From: Candidatus Doudnabacteria bacterium
GTDB lineage: Bacteria > Patescibacteriota > Doudnabacteria > UBA920 > VMFF01
Reading direction: 5' to 3'
Assembly (NCBI GenBank): GCA_963840645.1
Contig: CAWIZL010000004.1
Coordinates: 395,470 to 459,469 of the forward strand
DNA: 64,000 bases
Shown: positions 57,212-64,000 of the stretch, in pieces
Numbering within the stretch: position 1 is the stretch's first letter
How the letters are laid out: every line of letters begins with the position of its first letter
Position numbers and translations under genes: made by a program
The notes under the pieces: generated by a model
The model's database searches: none
Seen by the model: only the letters and a program-made list of their open reading frames with translations
What the model was told of the DNA's origin: nothing

Positions 57212-58279
57212 CTAAATACCTAAAATTTCTCCCACCTGCTTCAGCAAACTAATGACCACTGCTGCTGGGAGCAAGCTGTACGACTCAATGCCGTCGTCAT
57301 CCTTAATTGTCCATAGGTTCTCGATTGTCTCAACTGTATCATCGTCACGCAGCTTGTAGTCGTAGCCTGGCGTGAGCTCGTAGCCATCAACGTAGTCTTT
57401 TGCAACGTCAACTGGCACAGAGTTTCGCAGGTAGACTTTGTCTACGCCGTGGAGCGTGAGCATGTTGTCGAAAATTTTCTGATCCATTTCAATGCGCGCG
57501 CGGATTGGCTCAATGCCCAGCTCATCGCCCTCTTTCGGGTACATGCGAGCCTTGTTGCACGTTGGCGTGTCGCACATTAAGTAGAACTGCTTCTTCTCAG
57601 GGTCGTAGCCAACGTCGCGCGTTGCCAAGAGCTTGAGGTTGCGAGGCGTCTTGCAAATTGGGCACACCACGCGGTACTTGATGCGCTCGTCAATGATAGA
57701 GTTTGCAACGCTGATGAACACAAAGAAGTCTGGCTCGCTCTTGTATCCGAGCGAGTCTTTGAAGTACAGCGAGTGGCCAACCTGGTCTAGGCTGCGCGGG
57801 AAACCATCCAGAAAAATGGCCTTGCCCGCGTGCTTGCTCACCTCGAACTTGATGAGTGCCATGGTGAGGTCTGACGACAGCAAGGTTGTCTGGCTGCGGC
57901 CAAGAATTTGGTCTATGGTTTCATCGACGCTGTGGAAGCCGCGGTAGTTTTCTTTCAAGAATGCCACGAGTGCTGCTTTGCCCTCTTCTGTTTCAACCTG
58001 CGCGTGGATGTCACGCACAATGTCGCCCACCGAAAGGTGTGCAACGTGATCTTTGCCAACAGCTTCCATGAAGAGCTTTGAGTAGGTTCCCTTGCCAGAG
58101 TTCTTCTTGCCGAGCAGGAACGCCACAAAGGTCTTGCCGCTATCGAGGTACGCCTTGATAGCGTCTATCTCCTTGCCAGCTTTTGCGCGAAAGTACTTTT
58201 GGCGCTCGTCAAAGTCATTGATGTCGAACTTCTGGACTGTGGCGCCCTCTGTCTTAGTTTTTCCAATTGGAAACTGCAT
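57212..58279 (-). CDS. adenylate kinase family protein with extensions
   Basis: P-loop GKKNSGKGT, FLDGFPRS, and a Cys-pair lid CPICK...C..PTC. Confidence 0.55.
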   Translation of the reverse strand: MQFPIGKTKTEGATVQKFDINDFDERQKYFRAKAGKEIDAIKAYLDSGKTFVAFLLGKKNSGKGTYSKLFMEAVGKDHVAHLSVGDIVRDIHAQVETEEGKAALVAFLKENYRGFHSVDETIDQILGRSQTTLLSSDLTMALIKFEVSKHAGKAIFLDGFPRSLDQVGHSLYFKDSLGYKSEPDFFVFISVANSIIDERIKYRVVCPICKTPRNLKLLATRDVGYDPEKKQFYLMCDTPTCNKARMYPKEGDELGIEPIRARIEMDQKIFDNMLTLHGVDKVYLRNSVPVDVAKDYVDGYELTPGYDYKLRDDDTVETIENLWTIKDDDGIESYSLLPAAVVISLLKQVGEILGI

Positions 58280-59094
58280 TAGTTTAGCGGTGGGTTGACC
58301 GTTGCCTTTGTGATGACAATTGGCGTGACAGGTGCGCCATCTTCCTGGCCCATTGCGCTCGGCGTGACCGGCACTGAGCCGATAGCGCTCACCACGCTCA
58401 TGCCGCTCGTCACCTTGCCAAAAATCGTGTAGCTGTTCGGCAGCTCTGGGTGGTCAGCCAGCATGATGAAGAACTGGGATGTGTTGGTGTTTGGTCCAGC
58501 GTTTGCCATTGCGAGCACGCCCGTGACGTACCCTGCTTTGTACGATGCTGTGTCTGGGTACAGCTCATCCATGAATGGCGCCCCGTACACGCTGCTGCCG
58601 CCACTGCCCGTGCCAGTTGGGTCACCTGCCTGGATCACGAAGCCGTGCGAAACGCGGTGGAACGTGATGCCGTTGTAGTAGCCTTTCGCGACGAGGCACT
58701 CAAAGTTTTCAACTGCCATTGGCGCATCGCTCGAGTAGAGCTCGAGCTGGATGTTGCCCATTGTTGTGTCGAGCGTCACTGTTTTGTTGGCAATGTTCAG
58801 GGTTGGAATGAAGTGGCCGTTTGCATCGTACTTCACGTCTGCCGTTGAGTTATTCGGGCAGCCAGGAATTTGCACGAGGAGCGCTGCTGCTGAAATCTGC
58901 GCTTGGGTTAGCGCGGGCGTTGGCGTTGGTGAACCTCCGGGAGTTGGGGTCATGCTTGGTGTGTTAGTTGGGTTAGTCTGGCTCACCTGGCTCTGGGGCG
59001 ATGTGCCTGCGCTGTGGTGGATTGCAACGATGGCCACGATGACCGCCACCACGACCACAATGCCAGCTGTAATGTACACTGCTCTGCTGCTCAT
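58279..59094 (-). CDS. membrane-anchored cyclophilin-type peptidylprolyl isomerase
   Basis: N-terminal TM segment. FHRVSHGFVIQAGDP...GPNTNTSQFFI. Confidence 0.85.
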   Translation of the reverse strand: MSSRAVYITAGIVVVVAVIVAIVAIHHSAGTSPQSQVSQTNPTNTPSMTPTPGGSPTPTPALTQAQISAAALLVQIPGCPNNSTADVKYDANGHFIPTLNIANKTVTLDTTMGNIQLELYSSDAPMAVENFECLVAKGYYNGITFHRVSHGFVIQAGDPTGTGSGGSSVYGAPFMDELYPDTASYKAGYVTGVLAMANAGPNTNTSQFFIMLADHPELPNSYTIFGKVTSGMSVVSAIGSVPVTPSAMGQEDGAPVTPIVITKATVNPPLN

Positions 59095-59152
59095 AGTTTA
59101 TTTTTTACTGGTAAGGTTTGTGGAGTTATTTTAGCAGGTAAGGGAACAGGTA

Positions 59153-60478
59153 TCAAGTAAGCGTGGTGGCTCTGAAATGGTTAAAGGTCGCGACTCCAAG
59201 CATTTCTGCGAAGTAGAGTGCTGCCATCCCCCACCACGCCACGTTCACGTTTGCGTACGAGAACGGCAGACCTGCTAGCCAGTTCACCACGAACAGAACG
59301 TACGCGAGTGGAAACTTTGCCACAGCTGCAACGGCAACACCGAGCACGGGCAACCCGAGCGCGTAGCCAATTCCAATGAGAGGCGCGAGCAACGGCACGA
59401 TGAGCAAGTTTGCAACTGGTGCAATGAAAGAGAACTGGTGAAAGGTGTACGCAATGACGGGCGCAGTGGCAACTTGCGCAGCAGTGGTGCTGACAAAAAT
59501 CCTCCGAATGCCGAACGTGGTGGGCAGGCGATCAACGAGCGGCGCGAGCACTGATTCAACAATTGGGCTGAAGTAGACAATGCCCAAAATTCCGACGAAC
59601 GACAAGATGAAGCCAAAATCAAAACGAGCTGCGAGCGGATTCAAAATTAAAATGACGAGCGCCGCAATGAGCAAGCTTGGCAGCAAGGCGTAGCGCCTTC
59701 CAAACGTTCGACACAGCACGAAGAGCACAGACATCACAACGGCGCGGAGCACAGCTGGCGCAAACCCAGAGCACACGAGGTACAGAGTTGCGAAGAGCAC
59801 GCTGGCACCCATAACCGTGCGCCTGCCAACCCAAACCCCTGCTGCCTCTATAGATACGAGCACGAGGGTGAGCTTGTAGCCAGAAACAGCAATGACGTGC
59901 GCAGTGCCAGTGACGCTGAAGGCACTGACAGTCTCACTGTCCAAGTTCGACTTGTCTCCTGTCAAAATTGCCTCTACTAAACCTGCTTGGTTCAACGGCA
60001 GCAGTTTTTCAATTTGCCGAAACAGTGCGTGCTTCAAATCCAAGCACCAAGCCACGACCCTGCTCGGCGGCGAGCTGCCAACCACAAAAATTTCTGTTGG
60101 GTAGCTCACCTGTGCAAAAATTCCTTTTGCAGCCAGGTAGTCTGGGTAGTCAAAGTCTGGCGATGCTGTTGGCTGCACGATTTTCCCCGTAATGTAGAGC
60201 TGGTCCCCGTACGCAAATGGCTGGTTTGAAAAACCTGTCACCAAAACTTTCTGCGACGTGGTGAATGCGCCAGCTGCTGGCTGCACAATGAGGGAGAACT
60301 TTTCATCTTTCACGGAAAGCTCTTCAACCACCAAAGCCTGGAACGCAAACTTTTGGCCAAAGTAAGCTGTGTAGCCGCTCTGCGGCACGGCAAAAAACGT
60401 GCCCGTAAAAATTCCAACAATGCACGCGCAGGCGCACAGGACAAACAGGCTGGCTTTTGCGGGCACTGGCTTTGGCAT
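59153..60478 (-). CDS. comEC: ComEC/Rec2 family competence channel protein
   Basis: 441-aa polytopic protein whose hydrophobic-segment pattern is typical of the ComEC core. Confidence 0.75.
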   Translation of the reverse strand: MPKPVPAKASLFVLCACACIVGIFTGTFFAVPQSGYTAYFGQKFAFQALVVEELSVKDEKFSLIVQPAAGAFTTSQKVLVTGFSNQPFAYGDQLYITGKIVQPTASPDFDYPDYLAAKGIFAQVSYPTEIFVVGSSPPSRVVAWCLDLKHALFRQIEKLLPLNQAGLVEAILTGDKSNLDSETVSAFSVTGTAHVIAVSGYKLTLVLVSIEAAGVWVGRRTVMGASVLFATLYLVCSGFAPAVLRAVVMSVLFVLCRTFGRRYALLPSLLIAALVILILNPLAARFDFGFILSFVGILGIVYFSPIVESVLAPLVDRLPTTFGIRRIFVSTTAAQVATAPVIAYTFHQFSFIAPVANLLIVPLLAPLIGIGYALGLPVLGVAVAAVAKFPLAYVLFVVNWLAGLPFSYANVNVAWWGMAALYFAEMLGVATFNHFRATTLT

Positions 60479-60695
60479 TTCGGCAGCCTAGCACATCAAC
60501 ATTAAAAAATTATGACGCACGCTAATACGTGTATGCCAAGTAGCCCCATGAGCCACTCCGTGCTACAATGCGAGCAGCTACACAACGCGCCAGACCAAAC
60601 ACCACTCCCCCGCTCGGCACAGTGGAACTAGGCGTACGCTAAAAAATTGGGCGACCAGGTAAAGGTCGAAAAACTTTACTCGCCAAAAAATATCT

Positions 60696-60896
60696 ATGAA
60701 CCATCACGAAATAGATGCAATGGTAAAATCAGACACTATGTCTGAAGACCAAAAAGAGTGGATGAGAGAGCACATGCGTAACTGGCGCAGCTGGGGATCT
60801 TGGTTTTCCTGGGGATCTCCAGTGGGTCTTGGCCTCTTCGTTATCTCGATCGGGGTCTTCCTGGTGCTCCTGCACTACGCAGGGCTAGCCAGGTAA
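60696..60896 (+). CDS. small membrane protein
   Basis: 66 aa with a C-terminal TM segment. Confidence 0.4.
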   Translation: MNHHEIDAMVKSDTMSEDQKEWMREHMRNWRSWGSWFSWGSPVGLGLFVISIGVFLVLLHYAGLAR

Positions 60897-60986
60897 AGCC
60901 GATCCACGAAGACACCGATCAAAAACCGCCTTGCGAGAGGCGGTTTTAAAATGGTACAATGCGGGCAAAGGTTACAGGAGGGGTTC

Positions 60987-61399
60987 GTGTCCAAGACAAT
61001 TTTTGCTCTATCCTTACTGGTACTCGCTTGGGCAGCGCAAGCCCAACAGAGTACCAAAACCAAAAACAAGGTTCAGGATGAACCTGCGTACGAGTGCTCA
61101 GTAGCACAACAGGGGAGGTTCTGTGGAACCGCCCAGGCTCGCCAACAAAGGCAGCTATCGCAGACTGCCAAAAACGCTTTGCTGACGAAGAAAAGGCGTT
61201 AAAGTTGCAATGGTGTCAGAGCCGCTACCGTTACCGAAACGACGGGACAGATAACCCTGACTGTGCCAAAGTTCCACCAAACGCCGACGAGGTAAAAGCC
61301 GCGAAACAGATCTGCAAAGACAGGCCGACAGCCTCCTACTGCGACAAGGTGATAACGACATGGCCACCGACTGCGCAAAAGGTACCAGCGAAGGAGTAG
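60987..61399 (+). CDS. secreted Cys-containing protein, probable frameshift near 61090-61110
   Basis: GTG after AGGAGGGG. Signal peptide VSKTIFALSLLVLAWAAQA (ORF 60951 frame). The plausible continuation ...GEVLWNRPGSPTKAAIADCQKRF... is in the ORF 61094..61399 frame. Confidence 0.4.
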
Positions 61400-61678
61400 C
61401 GCAGGAATGGAACTCTTGGTTACACCAGTGGGCGGCATCCTTTGCTGCCCAATTTTTTTATTCCACTCGTGCTAAAGGAAGCTTTTCAAGGTCTCTCAAT
61501 GTAAAACTTGCCCTGTACCCAGTTCTCTATAACCTCAAAGCTTGGAAAGTAGCGGGGCTGCGGCAGGCTGAGTCTGCCTTGTCAGGATCTTCGTGCCGCT
61601 TGCCCAGCAAAATTTTACCGTCGTGCTCTATGATTACGCCGAACCCTGCACCTACTCGCTTTTTCTCTTCTGGCATGG

Positions 61679-61942
61679 CTACAGGTAAATTTCGTCAACG
61701 TAGCACCACGTGAACCCTTCGCCTGGGCTCACTGACTTCATAATTGGGTGGCCAGTGGCTTTGAAGTGCGCTGTTGCGTGCTTGTTCTTTGAGCTGTTGC
61801 AGCAGCCAACGTGCCCGCACGTTAAGCACTGGCGCAGCATTACCCACGTGTCGCCTGTCTTGATACAGTCTTCGCATACTGTTACATCGTGCGGCGGGAA
61901 ATCCTTAATTTGGTCTCTGTGCGTGCAAATTTTTTCTGGCAT
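61679..61942 (-). CDS. UBP-type zinc-finger protein
   Basis: CEDCIKTGDTWVMLRQCLTCGHVGCCNSSKNKHATAHFKATGHP. Confidence 0.7.
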   Translation of the reverse strand: MPEKICTHRDQIKDFPPHDVTVCEDCIKTGDTWVMLRQCLTCGHVGCCNSSKNKHATAHFKATGHPIMKSVSPGEGFTWCYVDEIYL

Positions 61943-61957
61943 TTAATTTAAGTTTAA

Positions 61958-62554
61958 TTATTTTGTGCTGTTCATGCCATCCATTTGCTTCTTCCACTTG
62001 TTTGACTGCATGTGCCAGTTCGACGGATCAGCCACCTGAATTTCATCCCAAAGTTTTTTAGCTGATTCTGTGGAGAGCTTGTTGTTTCGCACAAACTCGC
62101 GGTTCCACTTCCACTTCTCTGGCAACGTAGAGCCGCGCTCCGCAAACTCTCTCAGTTCAACATCGACGTCCAGGTTGTCCGCATCCTTCACAATTTTCGA
62201 CTCAATTGACTCGTGCGCCTCGTACTCTCTTACGACCTCGCGCAAGCCTTCGAACGAAGAGCCATTGAGCGCATCGTCAGCTGCGGCCTCCTCATTAGCC
62301 GTAACGTACGTTTTCTGGACGTAGCTTAGGTCTGACACCCTCGCCTCTGCAACATCGTACACGAGCGCCATCTTCAAAATTTTCTCGTCACTGCCAACGA
62401 CACCTTCCATCTTGGCAATCATGAGGGCTAGAAACGCAACTCGGAAAGAGTGCTCTGGCACTGTGGCGCAGTCCATGCCCAGGTGCTGGCGCCACCCACG
62501 CTGGACGTTGAACAGTGAACCTATTTCAAATAAAAAATCTAGATCTTTTTGCAT
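61958..62554 (-). CDS. HD-domain phosphohydrolase
   Basis: ...[14 protein letters not shown]...[12 protein letters not shown]..., the H...HD pattern. Confidence 0.7.
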   Translation of the reverse strand: MQKDLDFLFEIGSLFNVQRGWRQHLGMDCATVPEHSFRVAFLALMIAKMEGVVGSDEKILKMALVYDVAEARVSDLSYVQKTYVTANEEAAADDALNGSSFEGLREVVREYEAHESIESKIVKDADNLDVDVELREFAERGSTLPEKWKWNREFVRNNKLSTESAKKLWDEIQVADPSNWHMQSNKWKKQMDGMNSTK

Positions 62555-62583
62555 GCTGTTCCAAAAATTTACAACTCCTGATC

Positions 62584-62660
<77 letters not shown>

Positions 62661-62675
62661 ATGAGGCGCAATCTA

Positions 62676-63986
62676 CTACTCAGCTCCCCGCGGCAGCCGC
62701 GCCAAAACTTGTGCTGCTAAACTTTTCCGTGGCACGTTCTGCTGCTCGCGCGTGGCAAGGTCACGGATCGTCACAGTGCTGGCAGCGGCTTCGTCTTCAC
62801 CGTACAGCACGGCAAGCACAACGCCCTTCTGCTCAGCGTAGCGAAACTGCTTCTTCATGTCAGAGTCTTCGTAAATAACTTCTGCGTTCACGCCAGCCTT
62901 TCGTAGCTCTGTTGCAATTTCCAAGTACTCGCCTTCAAACTCGTTGCCCATGTTGAGCACGAGCACGTCTGTGACGTGGCCAGCTGCAAGCAAGCCAAGC
63001 TCTTGCAGAGCTGGCAGCAAGCGATCAAGGCCAATGGCAACGCCAACAGCTGGAACATCTTTGCCAGTAAACATTTTCATCAAACCATCGTAGCGACCGC
63101 CGCCAGCAACAGAGCCGTACTTGCGTGCCTCTGGAGTCTCCGTGATCACAGTTTCAATGACCGTTGAGGTGTAGTAGTCGAGTCCGCGGGCGAGCGTAAG
63201 GTCAACTTCAACGTGGCCAACGCCGAGCGCCTTCAGGCTTGCCAGCACAGCATCGAGCTCAGCAAACCCAAGCTCAACCTCCACGCTGTTCACCTTGCGA
63301 ACTTTTTCTTCGCCAGAAGACAGCAGCTCAATCAGCTTTTTTGCGTCCGCGGCACTTAACCCGCAGGTTGTGCGCAGCTCTTCAGCAACAGCCCCTGCGC
63401 CGACTTTTTCTAATTTATCAATTACCCTTATTGCACCTACAATTTTGTCTGGCGCAACGCCGCTGGCCACAACTACGCCGTTCAAAATTTTCCTGTTGTT
63501 CACCTTGATCTCAAACTTCTCCAGGCCAAGAGCCAGCATCACCTGCTCGACGAGCGCAATGCACTCTGCGTCTGGCACGCCAATTTCTGCGCCAACAACG
63601 TCAACATCGCACTGCACGAACTCACGGTAGCGACCTTTCTGGGTGTTGTCAGCTCGCCACACTGGCGCAACTTGGTAGCGCTTGAAAGGACGTGGCAGAT
63701 CGTTTGCGTACTGCGCAACAACGCGCGCAAGCGGCACGGTGAGGTCGTAGCGCATTGCAACAGCGCGGTCGCCGTGGTCTTTGAAGCGGTACATGAGAGC
63801 CTCGCCCTCATCACCGTACTTACCTGTGAGCACGTCTTCGTACTCGAGAGCTGGAGTATCGAGCGGCTCAAAGCCAAAGCGCTCAAACACGCGCTTGATC
63901 TTTTCAATGGCAGCCTGGCGCGTGATCTGCTCAGCAGGCAGGTAGTCGTGGAAGCCCTTCAACGTGCGTGGTTCAATCAGTTTCAT
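62676..63986 (-). CDS. hisS: histidine--tRNA ligase
   Basis: [20 protein letters not shown]...[11 protein letters not shown]...GGGRYDGL.... Confidence 0.92.
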   Translation of the reverse strand: MKLIEPRTLKGFHDYLPAEQITRQAAIEKIKRVFERFGFEPLDTPALEYEDVLTGKYGDEGEALMYRFKDHGDRAVAMRYDLTVPLARVVAQYANDLPRPFKRYQVAPVWRADNTQKGRYREFVQCDVDVVGAEIGVPDAECIALVEQVMLALGLEKFEIKVNNRKILNGVVVASGVAPDKIVGAIRVIDKLEKVGAGAVAEELRTTCGLSAADAKKLIELLSSGEEKVRKVNSVEVELGFAELDAVLASLKALGVGHVEVDLTLARGLDYYTSTVIETVITETPEARKYGSVAGGGRYDGLMKMFTGKDVPAVGVAIGLDRLLPALQELGLLAAGHVTDVLVLNMGNEFEGEYLEIATELRKAGVNAEVIYEDSDMKKQFRYAEQKGVVLAVLYGEDEAAASTVTIRDLATREQQNVPRKSLAAQVLARLPRGAE

Positions 63987-64000
63987 GCTGTAACTATATA

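Overview
64-kb bacterial chromosomal window using the standard genetic code. Gene content (short Rel/SpoT, ComEC, a giant surface protein, many small lipoproteins) hints at a small-genome Patescibacteria/CPR-like organism, but that is inference only. Core blocks are uppP, an ABC importer pair, typA, holA (12-18.5 kb), then tRNA-Gly, tRNA-Pro, HU, nusB, rpmF, patatin, groES/groEL with a CIRCE operator, rel, msrB, cyclophilin, comEC, tRNA-Arg and hisS (47.7-64 kb). About half the window is accessory DNA. (1) A visibly GC-richer ~10.4-kb island (593-10977) sits between two 194-bp direct repeats that each carry a truncated tRNA-His-like sequence. (2) Two paralogous large-serine-recombinase elements are inserted in the 3' ends of adjacent tRNA-Lys(CTT) and tRNA-Arg(TCG). 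Each recombinase ORF reads antisense into its tRNA. The distal junction of each element carries, in frame, a conserved alternative C-terminal tail (LWDEVR...). This implies attP lies inside the recombinase gene and integration swaps its C-terminus. (3) Six more orphan copies of that tail, four fused to the tRNA-Gly 3'-end core TGGAGCGGG, partition the 12 kb left of tRNA-Gly(TCC) into cassette-like units with no recombinase body. The units include an IS30 copy, Fic, HAD, VOC, RdgB and a GC-rich six-gene operon. (4) That operon and island 1 share a conserved ~40-nt hairpin motif placed upstream of gene starts, with one compensatory base-pair change between two variants. Roughly ten genes, including core typA and uppP, carry apparent frameshifts, and rdgB has an in-frame TGA at a conserved Trp codon. 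This density suggests consensus indel errors at least as much as real pseudogenes. No CRISPR array, cas gene, reverse transcriptase or rRNA was seen. GC statements are by eye, and no database search was possible.
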